64,000 nucleotides of DNA. It comes from an uncultured Verrucomicrobiae bacterium. Lineage in GTDB: Bacteria; Verrucomicrobiota; Verrucomicrobiia; Limisphaerales; Palsa-1400. The stretch spans positions 164,082 to 228,081 of the forward strand of contig CAVPOM010000017.1 in NCBI GenBank assembly GCA_963707025.1. The letters are read 5' to 3'. Below the pieces are notes generated by a model. The model was given only the letters and a program-made list of their open reading frames with translations. It searched no databases and had not been told where the DNA came from. Position numbers and translations under genes: made by a program. This document shows, piece by piece, positions 31,501 to 42,026 of the stretch (positions are counted from its first letter, which is position 1; each line of letters begins with the position of its first letter).

Positions 31501-34500
31501 AGCACAGCCGGCCTGCGCTCACCCTGCTCAATGGCGTGGTCTATATGTCGTTTGCCTCGCATGGCGACAACGGGCCTTATCACGGCTGGTTCTTTGGCTA
31601 TAACGCCACCAATGTCGCGCTGCCGCCCAGCGTCTTTAACAGCACCCCCAACGGCGGCCTGGGCGGCTTCTGGGACGGCGGCGGCGGCCCCTCCGTGGAT
31701 GGGCAAGGCAACCTGTACTTCCAGACCGGCAACGGCGACTTTAACGGCACGGCCACTCTATCCACGGCGGCTAATTATTCCATGAGCTTGCTGAAGCTGG
31801 CCACCACCAACGGAATTACGCTGGTGGATTATTTCGCGCCGTCCAACGCCGTGGCCTTGAGCGGCGGGGACCAGGACCTCGGCTCGAGCGCGCCGATTAT
31901 TTTGCCGGATTCGGCCGGGAGCGTGGCGCATCCTCATTTGGTGGTGGGCGGGGGCAAGACCTCGCCGATCTACCTTGTGGACCGGGACAACATGGGACGC
32001 TTCAACGGCACGACCGGCAAAAACCTCATTGTGCAGCAATTCAATGGCAGTTCGGGTGGAGACCGGGACACGACGCCCGCCTTCTTCAACAACACCCTTT
32101 ATGTGTATGACGCGAACGGCAGAATCGGCGCCTTTACGATCGCCAACGGAATGTTCAACACGACCCCCGTGGAAACTCCCGATACTTTTGATAACAAGGG
32201 CGGCGCCACCGTTTGCATTTCGGCCAACGGCGCCGCCAATGCCATCGTGTGGGCGCTCTACAATTCAGGCGCCGACTCCCCCACCACTCCCTGCATTTTG
32301 CGGGCCTACAATGCGACGAATATCACCCAGGAACTTTATACCAGCGACCAACTGGCGGCGCGGGATTCCGCGGGCGACGCCGTGAAGTTTACCGCACCCA
32401 CGATTGCCAACGGCAAGGTCTATGTCGGGGCGCAGTACTCCCTGACGGTCTATGGGCTGGCGGAGGTATTTGTCAACACGCCCGTCATCAGTCCCAACGG
32501 CGGGGTGTACACTAATGCGGTGACGGTGAGCCTGTCGGACACGACGGCGGGAGCGGCGATTTACTACACGCTGGACGGCACGACGCCGACAACCAACTCG
32601 ACTCTCTACACCGGCCCCTTTGTGGTGACCAACTCCCTGGCGGTGACGGCCGGGGCCTTCCTGGCCGGGGCGGTGGCCAGCGCGCCTGCCAGCGCCAGCT
32701 TCATCAACAGTGCGTCCGTCGGCAGCGGCACGGGATTGCTCGGACAGTATTGGACCGAGACCAGCAGCGCCGCCTTCACCAATTTGAGCTTCAACACCCC
32801 GCCAACCCTGACCCGCATTGACACGAACATAAATTTCAACTGGGGCGCCAGCTCGCCGGATCCGAGCATCAGTGCCACCAATTTTACGGCCCGCTGGACC
32901 GGGTCGGTCGTGCCGCAGTTCAACGAAACCTATACATTCTACACGACGACCGATGACGGCACGCGGCTCTGGGTCAACGGCCAGTTGCTGGTCAATGAAT
33001 GGGTGGACCAGGGCGCCACGGAATGGAGCGGCGCCATTGCCCTCAAGGCGCAGCAGCGCTACAACCTCAGAATGGACTACTACCAAAACGGCGGAAACGC
33101 TTCCGCCACCCTGGCTTGGAGCAGCCCCTCGACGACCCGGGCGATCATTCCCGAGAGCCAGCTTTACCCGGTGGCCAACCCGCCGCCCGCCGTCGCCTTG
33201 GCGGGACCGACCAACGGTTCCACCTACACCGCCAGCGCCAGCGTCACCCTCAGCGCCAATGCCGCCGCACAATACAACAGCCTGAGTCAGGTTGCTTTTT
33301 ACACTAATGGAATAATCGTTGCCAGCGTGAGCAACCCGCCTTACAGCGCCACCATCACCGGCCTGGCCGCGGGCAGTTACACCATCACCGCCGCCGCCAC
33401 CGATGGCTCCGGCCTCACCAACACTTCGGCCCCGGCCACCATCACGGTCAATTCCGGCAGCGGCCAGCCTTACGGGTTGACCAATGTTGTCTCCGCCCCG
33501 GCCTTTTACAACATGCCGCCGGTTTTCACCGGCCCGTTGCCGGCGCAATTATCGTTGACGGGCGTCTTCGCCAGCACGCCGGCCATGGCCCCGGCCGCCA
33601 GCCTGATTGCCTACGCGCCCAACGTGCCGTTGTGGTCCGACGGCGCGCAGAAGGTGCGCTACTTTTCCGTCCCCAACACCGGCGCGCCTTTGACGCCCGC
33701 CGAACAAATTGCTTTCGCCCCGACCTACACCTGGTCTTTCCCGGCGGGCACGGTTTTCGTGAAGACCTTCGAATTGCTCACCAACCAGAGCGATCCCGCC
33801 TCCCTCCGCCGCCTGGAAACCCGCCTGTTGGTGCGCGACACCAACGGCGCGGTCTATGGCGTCACTTACAAATGGCGTGCGGACGACAGCGACGCCGACT
33901 TGCTCGCGACCAATTTGACCGAAGCCATTCCCGTTCTCACCCCCGGCGGCTTGACGACCAACCTGTGGTATTATCCCAGTCCGAGTGATTGTTTGCAGTG
34001 CCACACGCCGCCAGCCAATTATGTTCTCGGCGTCAACGCGCGCCAGATGAACGGCAACCTGATTTATGCCAATGGCGTGACGGACAACCAGCTCCGCGCG
34101 CTCAACCGCATGGGATTGTTCTATCCCGCCATTGACGAATCCCAGATCGCCGGCATCGAGCAACTCTCCTCCCTGACCAATGCCGCCGCCGCTTACGTCC
34201 AGCGGACCCGCTCCTATTTGGATGCCAATTGCGCCCAGTGCCACCAACCCGGCGGGAGCGGCCCCACCTTCGACGGGCGTTATGACACGCCCCTGGCCAG
34301 TCAGAACATCCTCAACGGCATTCTGGCCAAGGGCAATCTGGGCGATCCAGCCACGCGGGTGGTGGTGTCCAACGACGTTTGGCGCTCCCTGCTCTGGGTG
34401 CGGATGAACACCAATCTTCCCACCCTGGCCATGCCGCCCCTGGCAAGAAATATTATTGACACAAACGCCGTCCAGGTCATCGGCGATTGGATCAACAGCC

Positions 34501-34976
34501 TGGGCGGCACGCCCGCCCTGGCCCCGCCCTCCATCAACCCGGCCGGCGGCGCGTTCGTCAACTTCGCCAGCGTCACCATGCAGACCAACAACGGCGGCGC
34601 GGCCGTTTATTACACGCTGGACGGCACGCTCCCCACCGCTGCTTCCATTCTCTTCGCCGCGCCCTTTCTTGTCACCTCGAATGTCATCATCACCGCCAGC
34701 GCTTTTGCCAGCGGCTACATCAACAGCTTCCCGTCCACGGCCCGGTTTGCCATTCAGCCGCTGCTCTTCACCTCGCCAGGGCGCTTTGTCAGTAATCAGT
34801 TCATTCTGCCGGTTTTGGGCGTGTCGAACACCAGCTACGCCCTGCAGGCCTCGACTAATCTGATCAACTGGGTTCCCATCAGCACCAACGTGGCGCCGAC
34901 AAACTCCTTTACCCTGGCCGACACCAACGCTGCCAGTTTCCCCTACCGGTTTTATCGCGTTATTCAATTCCCGTGA
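28590..34976 (+). CDS. 2128-aa secreted multidomain protein: lectin-like, Ig/FN3 repeats, PQQ-type beta-propeller-like, PA14, di-heme cytochrome c, C-terminal FYRV domain
   Basis: Signal peptide; GANADG..F/AYVGFS lectin; VLTYHNDNTR propeller-type start; IYYTLDGT x2; FTARWTG..DDGTRLWVNG (PA14); CLQCH and CAQCH; ASTNLINW...FYRV. Confidence 0.85.
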   Translation: MNRSAISGCLRRWPRLARRAPGWLAFFWACAAPAAAQTVFLDFNTAGQYTGNFNPWNDNGGVNGGNYSFQENTTDGVGGGGVAVFQSVDTTATYKSGSWNLSTNGATVLVSVLIYADGQSSGDKVQLGLINSTTNGLNSNAGAAFETFRFIPASATGWTLYEQHRTNNVTTTSGSLGSVTVAAGRWYKFVVGVTNTSGASGNLAAGCALFDYGTNGLTPGANVITFSTAVSHAAKNLATNTAVWPALRAFEDAGISAWDNFLVFQSNSLPVITLPLAASFVFSGSAATFNALADGPGTIAYAWYTNNILAAGASGPSFTTLPVGAGFTNITVVASNGNGSVTNSAAVTVEPPPAAISFNDNGANWTVNQSGLASANITGNVFHGTDGNGGEAVTAWYNSLVYINGFVAAFTYQDVGGSPGANADGVSFDLQESGPTYLGTGGGSLAISGLTPSADWEINLYSPNGIGIIYNTDGTTFGYQSTGAVNVSSGDPINFTLQYTPGGAVQETLVDTVTAQSYTTNYNIGDITALLGSSFAYVGFSSADGGVGSTQIISNFAFVSGSNNFTLAVVTNLPATGIQPTAATLAGQVLSTGGFAPTITLFYGPADGGTNAASWANSFALGVESGTFSQTITGLSPDTTWYYTARAVNFAGTSWASPSLSFSTTTASPPQVANAPATALGATFATLNGQVLSTGGVPPAITIFYGTNDGGANAAAWPNNVSLGLQSGLFAQTIGSLSSNTTYYFTARAVNSAATAWATPSLNFTTLASNPVSMLTAVLTYHNDNTRMGVNSNETILTLANVNTNSFGRLFSCALDGFVYAQPLLVANVNIPGKGTHNVVYVATEHNSVYALDADNNSGANAVPLWQTNFLGPGVTTVPSGDVSTGDIVPEIGITSTPVIDPVTGTIYLEVKTKEGSAYVHRLHALDITTGFERTGFNSPVVISCTNYLGNGGGDNDGGNPPHVSWNPLREHSRPALTLLNGVVYMSFASHGDNGPYHGWFFGYNATNVALPPSVFNSTPNGGLGGFWDGGGGPSVDGQGNLYFQTGNGDFNGTATLSTAANYSMSLLKLATTNGITLVDYFAPSNAVALSGGDQDLGSSAPIILPDSAGSVAHPHLVVGGGKTSPIYLVDRDNMGRFNGTTGKNLIVQQFNGSSGGDRDTTPAFFNNTLYVYDANGRIGAFTIANGMFNTTPVETPDTFDNKGGATVCISANGAANAIVWALYNSGADSPTTPCILRAYNATNITQELYTSDQLAARDSAGDAVKFTAPTIANGKVYVGAQYSLTVYGLAEVFVNTPVISPNGGVYTNAVTVSLSDTTAGAAIYYTLDGTTPTTNSTLYTGPFVVTNSLAVTAGAFLAGAVASAPASASFINSASVGSGTGLLGQYWTETSSAAFTNLSFNTPPTLTRIDTNINFNWGASSPDPSISATNFTARWTGSVVPQFNETYTFYTTTDDGTRLWVNGQLLVNEWVDQGATEWSGAIALKAQQRYNLRMDYYQNGGNASATLAWSSPSTTRAIIPESQLYPVANPPPAVALAGPTNGSTYTASASVTLSANAAAQYNSLSQVAFYTNGIIVASVSNPPYSATITGLAAGSYTITAAATDGSGLTNTSAPATITVNSGSGQPYGLTNVVSAPAFYNMPPVFTGPLPAQLSLTGVFASTPAMAPAASLIAYAPNVPLWSDGAQKVRYFSVPNTGAPLTPAEQIAFAPTYTWSFPAGTVFVKTFELLTNQSDPASLRRLETRLLVRDTNGAVYGVTYKWRADDSDADLLATNLTEAIPVLTPGGLTTNLWYYPSPSDCLQCHTPPANYVLGVNARQMNGNLIYANGVTDNQLRALNRMGLFYPAIDESQIAGIEQLSSLTNAAAAYVQRTRSYLDANCAQCHQPGGSGPTFDGRYDTPLASQNILNGILAKGNLGDPATRVVVSNDVWRSLLWVRMNTNLPTLAMPPLARNIIDTNAVQVIGDWINSLGGTPALAPPSINPAGGAFVNFASVTMQTNNGGAAVYYTLDGTLPTAASILFAAPFLVTSNVIITASAFASGYINSFPSTARFAIQPLLFTSPGRFVSNQFILPVLGVSNTSYALQASTNLINWVPISTNVAPTNSFTLADTNAASFPYRFYRVIQFP

Positions 34977-35575
34977 ACAGGTTCCGCCGCGCCATGCCCA
35001 CCGGGCTTCCGATCCGCGCCTGGAAGGGGGGGAGGACCGGCGGGAATTTGGCCATGCTGTTCCTCCTGACCGCTTTGGCCGGCTGCGCCGGTCGCGCCAC
35101 CGTCAACCCCGCGCCCGCACCTGTGCCCTCCCGTCCTGCCGCCCTTGCGCCCGGCCCGGGCCAATCCGCGCCCGCCGCGGACCCGGTCGAAGCGATCAGA
35201 ACCCGGTGCATCCTGGGCCGGCGTCATGTCTGCGGCCGGGTGTTGCAGATAACTCCGTCAGGGTTGGTCGTGGACAGCGGTTATACCGGCCTGTTGCAAC
35301 CGCCGCTCAACCATTCCTGGCTCACGCGCGCCAACGTCGTGCCCGCCCGCCCCGCCGCTTTAGTGGAAGGGGCCGCGCCGGATGCCATCGCCGTCGGCCT
35401 GCTGTTGCTGACCGATATTCCCAAGCGGCCGGCCGTCCACCGGTACGATTACGTCGCCCTGAACGGTTATCCGGCGGGCCATTACGACTACGTGCCGGCG
35501 CCCGGAGTCACCAACACGATCCGCCGCTTTGCCGCGGGCCTCGAAACCGCCGTCCGCCTCAACCTCCAGCCCTGA
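34973..35575 (+). CDS. putative lipoprotein
   Basis: Lipobox LLTALAGC; overlaps the stop codon of the giant protein. Confidence 0.6.
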   Translation: MNRFRRAMPTGLPIRAWKGGRTGGNLAMLFLLTALAGCAGRATVNPAPAPVPSRPAALAPGPGQSAPAADPVEAIRTRCILGRRHVCGRVLQITPSGLVVDSGYTGLLQPPLNHSWLTRANVVPARPAALVEGAAPDAIAVGLLLLTDIPKRPAVHRYDYVALNGYPAGHYDYVPAPGVTNTIRRFAAGLETAVRLNLQP

Positions 35576-35631
35576 ACAAATGAGCCGTCCAGCGTCCTCA
35601 TTCCTGATCTGTGCCGCCTGCTTGGCCCGGT

Positions 35632-36048
35632 CTATGGGTGTTCGATCACCGCTGTTCCAGTCAATCCCTCGAAATCCGACTGATTCCGGGTCAGAACCGC
35701 GTCCGCGCCGGCTTTCACTGCCGCCAGGGCGTGGCCGTAATCATAGACGCGGGCACCAACCACTTTCGAACCTGCCTGCTCCAGGCCATCGAGCCATTCG
35801 CCGGCCGACACTTCTACAATTGTGACCTTTGATACAAAATCACGCAGCCACTTTATTGCATCCTTGGGAGACCAAACCGCCCGCGCTCCCGATCCTCGAA
35901 TCTCCACGCCACGCCCCGTCATTATCGCAAAGAACTCCGACAGATTATGGGCGCGAGCCAGATGAGTGTCCGCATCGAGGCGCTTCGCCACCGCATCGGA
36001 AACGGCGGCATTGATCATCGCCGAACTGTCCCAGTAGTATTTTTTCAT
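35632..36048 (-). CDS. PIN-domain (VapC-like) toxin
   Basis: YYWDSSAMI, E, YDYGHALAA, VLTRNQSDF acidic PIN motifs. Confidence 0.8.
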   Translation of the reverse strand: MKKYYWDSSAMINAAVSDAVAKRLDADTHLARAHNLSEFFAIMTGRGVEIRGSGARAVWSPKDAIKWLRDFVSKVTIVEVSAGEWLDGLEQAGSKVVGARVYDYGHALAAVKAGADAVLTRNQSDFEGLTGTAVIEHP

Positions 36049-36290
36049 GCCCGCGAATTCCGTTCTTCGCGGACCGCCTTGGCGATGGCCTCACCGGTGA
36101 TTTCACCGGAAACAACCAGCATGAGTCGGCCGTTGCGCCGAACCAGTTTGCCCAGCACGCGTTTGGGCTCCTCCGGCACCAATCGCTTCAAAATTATTCG
36201 CGTGCCCTCCACCTCTGGCTCAAAGCTCGTGCCCGGAGGAAACAATTCCAGGCTGGCGATGCGGCCCCTTGAATCTGCGGTTAATGTCAT
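36045..36290 (-). CDS. AbrB/MazE-like antitoxin
   Basis: MTLTADSRGRI...PGTSF...EGTRIILKRL; 4-nt overlap with the PIN gene. Confidence 0.7.
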   Translation of the reverse strand: MTLTADSRGRIASLELFPPGTSFEPEVEGTRIILKRLVPEEPKRVLGKLVRRNGRLMLVVSGEITGEAIAKAVREERNSRA

Positions 36291-36291
36291 A

Positions 36292-36306
36292 ATGGGATTG
36301 TCCCAT
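36292..36306. promoter_or_regulatory. palindromic operator of the toxin-antitoxin operon
   Basis: ATGGGA-TTG-TCCCAT immediately upstream of the antitoxin start. Confidence 0.55.
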
Positions 36307-36361
36307 CACTTTGCATGAAAAGTCAAGTTCTGACGATGGGCCGCCTGACATCGGCATTCCT

Positions 36362-36898
36362 TCACGGACTGCCATCAACATCCAGTTGTGCCTGCAACTC
36401 GTGGGCCAGGAAATTCCGAAGGCTCTCCAACTGACGACGGGCGAGCCATTGGCACCAGCGGAGCAGACCCACTCCGAGAAACATCATGGCTATCGGGCCA
36501 AGGACTGCGTACCGAGGCGGCGGCTGCCCACCCCACGCGGACTGCGGCAGCAAAAGCAACAGGCCGCACATGGCCACCAACCCGCCGAACCAGACAAAAA
36601 GGTATCCTCGGATAATCGGATGAAACCGAAAACGCCCTCGGATGCAAGTGCCGCTGGCCCCTCCGTCGAGGCGTCCATAAAAGTATGGGGCTAGCGCCAA
36701 CGAGTTGCCAACGTTGAGCGGGCCCCAAGCAAAGAGCCTGAAGCGATCCCCGCGAATCTTCGCGGCGATCGTCCCTTCGGCCCACGGCACCCACCATCCT
36801 TCGGCCAACGGCACCCAGCCTCCCCGGCTTGTGTGCTTTTGCAGACGGCGGAGACATTCCTCCTTCGTCAGGTCGGTTCTATAGATCGTCGCGCTCAT
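36362..36898 (-). CDS. hypothetical membrane protein (2 TM)
   Basis: ATG overlaps the ygfZ stop; two hydrophobic segments. Confidence 0.55.
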   Translation of the reverse strand: MSATIYRTDLTKEECLRRLQKHTSRGGWVPLAEGWWVPWAEGTIAAKIRGDRFRLFAWGPLNVGNSLALAPYFYGRLDGGASGTCIRGRFRFHPIIRGYLFVWFGGLVAMCGLLLLLPQSAWGGQPPPRYAVLGPIAMMFLGVGLLRWCQWLARRQLESLRNFLAHELQAQLDVDGSP

Positions 36899-37995
36899 TT
36901 ACGTTGGCCCGGCGCAAAAAACGGCAAATCCACGATGCGCGCCGGGACTTTTTTCCCGCCGGTCTCCAGCATCAATTCGGTTCCGATCTGGTTGGCCTCG
37001 CGCCGGACGTAGCCCAGGGCGATGTTGCCTCGCAACATCGGCGAGACCGTCGCGCTGGTGATATAGCCGGCCTCCTTTGCGCCCAGGAAAAGTTTGTCGC
37101 CCCGTTTCGGCAGCGCCGCCAGATCATCCGGCAGCCGCAATCCCCGCAAAACCTTGGCCACCTGGCCGTAAGTGCGGATGCGCGCCATCACCTCCTGCCC
37201 GATATAACAGCCCTTGCTGTAACTCACCGCCCGGTCGTCCAGCCCCGCTTCGGGCGGCAGATTGGTGCCATCCATGTCCGCGCCAAAACGCGGCCGGCCC
37301 GCCTCGATCCGCGCCGTCTCCAGCGCCGCCCATCCGCATAAGCCCACGCCCGCCGCCCGCGCCGCAGTTAATAATCTTTCCGCCGCCGCCGGCAATGCGT
37401 CCGCCGGAACAAACAAATCAAATCCGGCCGTTCCGATCCTCGGCTGGTTGGCCACATAAATCTCCCCCAGCGCGGCGTCCTCCATCCTCGCCACCCCAAA
37501 GGCTTTTTGCGGAGCGCGCAGCGAGAGGCTTTCCAGGACCGCCGCCGCGCGCGGCCCTTGCGCGCTCAACAACCCGTAATGCGGCGCGGCATCCGCCACC
37601 TGGGCATCCTCGGCAATGATATGCTTCTCCAGCCGCGCCTGCACCGCCGCGCTCAACCCCGGCTCAAAATCGAGCAGCAATTCATTTTCCAGGCAATAAA
37701 TGTTCAGATCGCTCTGCATTTTCCCCTTGGCCGTGACCAGCGCCGCGTAACAACCTTCCCCGGTTTTCAACTCCTTCACATTATTCGTCACCTGGCCGTT
37801 GAGAAAAGCCAGCCGGTCCGCCCCCAGCACGCAGAGCCGCCCGCGCAAACTCAAATCCAGAATCCCCGCCGATTCCCGCAACGCCCGGTATTCCGCCGCC
37901 GCGTCCCCATAATCCTGCACCCCTTCCAGCCCGTTTAAATCGAGAAAGCGCCCGCCCGCCTTTCGATGAAACTCATGCAACACCAAAGCGTCCAT
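36895..37995 (-). CDS. ygfZ: folate-binding protein, YgfZ/GcvT family
   Basis: [28 protein letters not shown] signature. Confidence 0.85.
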   Translation of the reverse strand: MDALVLHEFHRKAGGRFLDLNGLEGVQDYGDAAAEYRALRESAGILDLSLRGRLCVLGADRLAFLNGQVTNNVKELKTGEGCYAALVTAKGKMQSDLNIYCLENELLLDFEPGLSAAVQARLEKHIIAEDAQVADAAPHYGLLSAQGPRAAAVLESLSLRAPQKAFGVARMEDAALGEIYVANQPRIGTAGFDLFVPADALPAAAERLLTAARAAGVGLCGWAALETARIEAGRPRFGADMDGTNLPPEAGLDDRAVSYSKGCYIGQEVMARIRTYGQVAKVLRGLRLPDDLAALPKRGDKLFLGAKEAGYITSATVSPMLRGNIALGYVRREANQIGTELMLETGGKKVPARIVDLPFFAPGQRK

Positions 37996-38048
37996 GCGGG
38001 CACTCTACCTTCCTCACCGCCGGCCCCGCAATCCGCAACTGCCCCCTC

Positions 38049-38153
38049 TCTTAATCCTAATCTTAATCGTAATCGTAATCTTAATCTTAATCTCCTTCGT
38101 TCGGATGCAAATAAGCAGAAAGATTAAGATTACGATTAAGATTAAGATTAAGA
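38049..38153. repeat. inverted hexamer arrays, copy 2
   Basis: (TAATCT/TAATCG)n and (AGATTA/CGATTA)n between divergent ygfZ and glmS. Confidence 0.85.
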
Positions 38154-38260
38154 ACCGGAGAGGAGACCGCCTCCCCAAAAAGCGACCTGCGCCTCGGGCG
38201 CAATCCAAGGCCGCTTTGTATTCGACAGCCGCACTCTCTTGTGGCAATGCTCAACACAAT

Positions 38261-40134
38261 ATGTGCGGCATTATCGGATACGTCGGCAAGAAAGCAGCGT
38301 CGCCCATCCTGCTCGAAGGCTTGCGGCGGCTGGAATATCGCGGCTACGACAGCGCGGGCGTGGCCGTGCTCTCGCGACGGCCGACCTGCTCCTGCGCAAG
38401 AAAAGGGCAGGATTGACGAGGGCTTGGCGCGCCTGGTCTGAAGACCGAACCGGTCGCGGGCAACCTCGGCATCGGCCACACGCGCTGGGCCACCCACGGC
38501 CCGCCGTCCGATGAGAATTCCCATCCGCACCTGGACCAATCCGGCAAAATCGCCGTCGTCCACAACGGCGTCATTGAAAATTACGACGCGCTCAAGCAGA
38601 GGCTGCTCAAGGCCGGCCACAAATTCCGCTCCGCCACCGACACCGAGGTGCTGGCGCATTTGATCGGCGATTATTACGAACACGCCAGCCGCCGACGGCC
38701 AACGGCCAGCCGGGTTCGCTGACCCAGGCCGTTTGCGACGCCTTGCGCGAAGTCATCGGCACTTACGGCATCGCCGTCATGTGCAGCCGAGCATCCCGGC
38801 CAGCATCGTCGGCGCCCGGCGCGGTTCGCCGCTCATCATCGGCATCGGCAAGGGCGAAAATTTTCTGGCCAGCGACGCCAACGCCATTGTCGCCCACACC
38901 CGAAAGGTCGTTTATCTCAACGACTACGACGTGGCCACCGTCACGCCGCGAGCGTTTCGACGTTTTGAACCTGGGCGCCGACACCGCCAATGTCCAGATC
39001 AGCAACCTGGAATTCAGCCAGGAAGACGCCGAGCGCGGCAAGTACGCGCATTTCATGCTCAAGGAAATTTTCGAGCAGCCGCGCACGGTGGAAAACGCCT
39101 TGCGCGGACGCGTGGACAATGAAGGCGCCACCGCCAAGTTCGGCGGCTTGAACATGACGGCGGCGGAATTGCGCTCCATTGAACGCATCGTCATCGCCGC
39201 CAGCGGCACGAGCTGGCACGCGGCGCTGGTCGGCGAATACCTGATCGAGGAACTGGCGCAAATCCCGGTGGAAGTCGAGTTCGCGCACGAATTTTGTTAC
39301 CGCAACGCGCCGCTGCGAACGCGACACCGTGCTGCTGGTCATCTCGCAATCCGGCGAAACCGCCGACACGCTGGCCGCGTTGCGCGAAGCCAAACGCCGC
39401 GGCCATCGCGCCCTGGCCATCGTCAACGTCGTCGGCAGCACCATCGCGCGCGAATCCGACGGCGGCATTTACATGCACGCCGGGCCGGAAATCGGCGTCG
39501 CCTCCACCAAGGCCTTCGTCTCCACGCTCACCATCCTGACCTTGCTGGCCGTGCATCTGGGCCGGATGCGGCATGCTTTCCGCCAGCGCGCGCCATGGAA
39601 ATTCTGCACGCGCTGGAAGCCGCGCCCAAACAGATCGAAGCCATTCTCGCGCAAAACGACGCGATCAAGAAACTCGCGAAGAAATACGTCAAGGCCGAGG
39701 ATTTCTTTTTCCTGAGCCGCGGTTACACTTTCCCGATTGCGCTGGAAGGCGCGCTCAAGCTGAAGGAAATTTCCTACATCCACGCCGAGGGTTATTCGGC
39801 GGCGGAAATGAAGCACGGCCCGATTGCGCTTGATTGATCCCAAAACGCCGACGGTTTTCCTCGTGCCGCAGGATTCGATGTACGACAAGACGATGGCGAA
39901 CCTGGCGATGATTCGCGCCCGCAAAGGCCCCATCATCGCGCTGGCCACCGAAGGCGACAAACAAATCCAAGAAAGTGGCCGACGACGTGATTCTACCTGC
40001 CCAAAGCGCTGGAGCCGATTTATCCGATCCTGGCGGCCGTGCCGCTGCAACTGTTCGCCTACCACATCGCCGTCGCGCGCGGCTGCGACGTGGACAAGCC
40101 GCGCAACCTGGCCAAAAGCGTCACCGTCCAGTGA
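38261..40134 (+). CDS. glmS: glutamine--fructose-6-phosphate aminotransferase, broken by many frameshifts (probably assembly errors)
   Basis: [76 protein letters not shown] spread over different frames. Confidence 0.9.
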
Positions 40135-40245
40135 GGTGAAGCTTTCCTTCGGGTGTTTGGTTTGGTCCCCGGCTTCATCCTGAACGGCAAGTCAGACGCA
40201 TCTTCAGCATCATCCCGAATCCGCAAACCGCGCCCCGCGCGCGGT

Positions 40246-40261
40246 TTAACGAAGTTTTAAC
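40246..40261 (+). promoter_or_regulatory. candidate OmpR/KdpE-type direct repeat
   Basis: TTAAC-N6-TTAAC; same motif at 41954-41969. Confidence 0.5.
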
Positions 40262-40317
40262 GCCCGATCCGCCCCTTTTTATTATCGGAAACATCTTCCC
40301 GGAGCCAACCTATCCCC

Positions 40318-41373
40318 ATGAAATTGGGTCTGACTCCCGATGCCTTGGCCGAATTGGAGCGAAGCGCAATTGGCCAGCAACCGCCGCGCCATGGCGAAAT
40401 CCGCCCCGGCCATGTTTTGGACGGGCGTTTCACCATCACCCGCATCATCAGCCACGGCGGCATGTCCACCATTTTTGAGGCGGAGGATTTGCACCGCGAC
40501 CGCCGGCCCGTCGCGCTCAAGGTTCCGCTGGAGAAACTGGGCATGGATCCCAAGACCATGACCCGCTTCGAGCGCGAAGAGGAGATTGCCCGACGGGTGG
40601 ACCATCCGTTCGTCATGCAGTTTTTTCCCGGTCCGGCCAAGCAAAGCCGGCCGTACCTGGTGATGGAATTGCTCGAAGGCGAAACCCTTTATCAGGCGAT
40701 GAAGCGGCAGCCCTTTTTTCCCGAGGCGGAAGCCCTCAAATTGGCCAGCCGCGTCTGCGAGGCGTTGCATTATCTGCACGGGCAGGGGATTTGCCATCGT
40801 GACCTGAAGCCGGAGAACATCATGCTCTGCCACGACGGCTCGATCCGGCTGATGGACTTTGGCATCTCGCGCTCGGCCCATTCGCCCCGGCTGACCTTCG
40901 TTGGTTTTGCGCCCGGCACCCCGCATTACATGGCGCCCGAACGGGTCCAATGCAAACGCGGCGACGCGCGCACCGACATTTACGGCCTGGGCGCCATCCT
41001 CTACGAGATGCTCACCGGCGTCATCGCCTTCGAGCACGAGGACCCCAGGGTCATTATGAACGCGCGCGTCACCGGCGATCCCGAAGCCCCGCGCCGGATC
41101 AACCCCGCCATCTCGCCCCAGGCGGAGGAAATCGTGCTGCGCGCCATGGAGCGCGATCCCGCCCGGCGTTACCAGACCGCCGCGGCCCTCCAGGCCGACC
41201 TGGACGGCCCGGGTCAAGTAGAAATAACTGGACGCTGCGAGCGCCTGGAGCCGGCCACCCCGGCCAAGCGCTTCTGGCGCAAGGTCCGGCTGATCCTGCC
41301 GTGGATTGTCATCCCGCTGGCCCTGCAAGTCCTGGCTTTCCTGCTGCTCTGGCATCACTTGAGCAAAAAATAA
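40318..41373 (+). CDS. Hanks-type Ser/Thr protein kinase with C-terminal TM
   Basis: VALK, HRDLKPEN, DFG, TPHYMAPE, DIYGLG motifs. Confidence 0.92.
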   Translation: MKLGLTPDALAELERSAIGQQPPRHGEIRPGHVLDGRFTITRIISHGGMSTIFEAEDLHRDRRPVALKVPLEKLGMDPKTMTRFEREEEIARRVDHPFVMQFFPGPAKQSRPYLVMELLEGETLYQAMKRQPFFPEAEALKLASRVCEALHYLHGQGICHRDLKPENIMLCHDGSIRLMDFGISRSAHSPRLTFVGFAPGTPHYMAPERVQCKRGDARTDIYGLGAILYEMLTGVIAFEHEDPRVIMNARVTGDPEAPRRINPAISPQAEEIVLRAMERDPARRYQTAAALQADLDGPGQVEITGRCERLEPATPAKRFWRKVRLILPWIVIPLALQVLAFLLLWHHLSKK

Positions 41374-41518
41374 CGACAGGCGCCTGCCTGGCGCGCTGGA
41401 CAACGCTTTTGGTCCGGTCCACGCTCCTTTAATGAGAACGAACGGGCGGCACCGCGCGCTGTCCATTGGCTGCCAGGCCGCTTCACCCGAATGAGCGCAG
41501 AAGAGATGTCACAAGCGT

Positions 41519-41908
41519 ATGACCGAAGCCGAAGTGATCAGAATAATGCGCGAGCACCTGGAAGGACAATTCCCGAAAACCTGTCCCAATTGCCACCGCC
41601 GTTTTGCCACGCTCCGGGAATACCTGCTGACCACCCGGCATCTTGGCCCGGCCATGCCCTACGACGCGGATATGGGCCATTGGAGCCCCTTGCATCCAGT
41701 GGGCACCGTGACCTTTGCCAACTGCCCGTGTGGCAACACCCTGGCCCTCAGTTCCACGGGCATGCCCCTGGCCCGCCTCTGGCTGCTCCTGCGCTGGGCC
41801 AGACGCGAGACGCAAAGGCGGGGACAGACCCCGCAGGAGTTGCTCAATTACCTGCGCGACGAAATCTGCCGGCAGGTCTTGGCCGCACCCAGTCAAGAAG
41901 ATATTTGA
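41519..41908 (+). CDS. small Cys-motif (CxxC...CxC) protein, probable metal binder
   Basis: FPKTCPNC...FANCPCGNTLAL. Confidence 0.6.
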   Translation: MTEAEVIRIMREHLEGQFPKTCPNCHRRFATLREYLLTTRHLGPAMPYDADMGHWSPLHPVGTVTFANCPCGNTLALSSTGMPLARLWLLLRWARRETQRRGQTPQELLNYLRDEICRQVLAAPSQEDI

Positions 41909-41953
41909 CAAGCGGATGTTTGCGCCCTTGGCAAACAGCAGCCCCCTTTGTCA

Positions 41954-41969
41954 TTAACAGGTTTTTAAC
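41954..41969 (+). promoter_or_regulatory. candidate KdpE-binding direct repeat upstream of kdpA
   Basis: TTAAC-N6-TTAAC, 11-bp periodicity, about 60 nt before kdpA. Confidence 0.55.
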
Positions 41970-42026
41970 GCAAAGCGCGGCCTTTTTGATTCACCCTTCC
42001 GCCTGCGCCGCTTTACCTTGGCCGCG

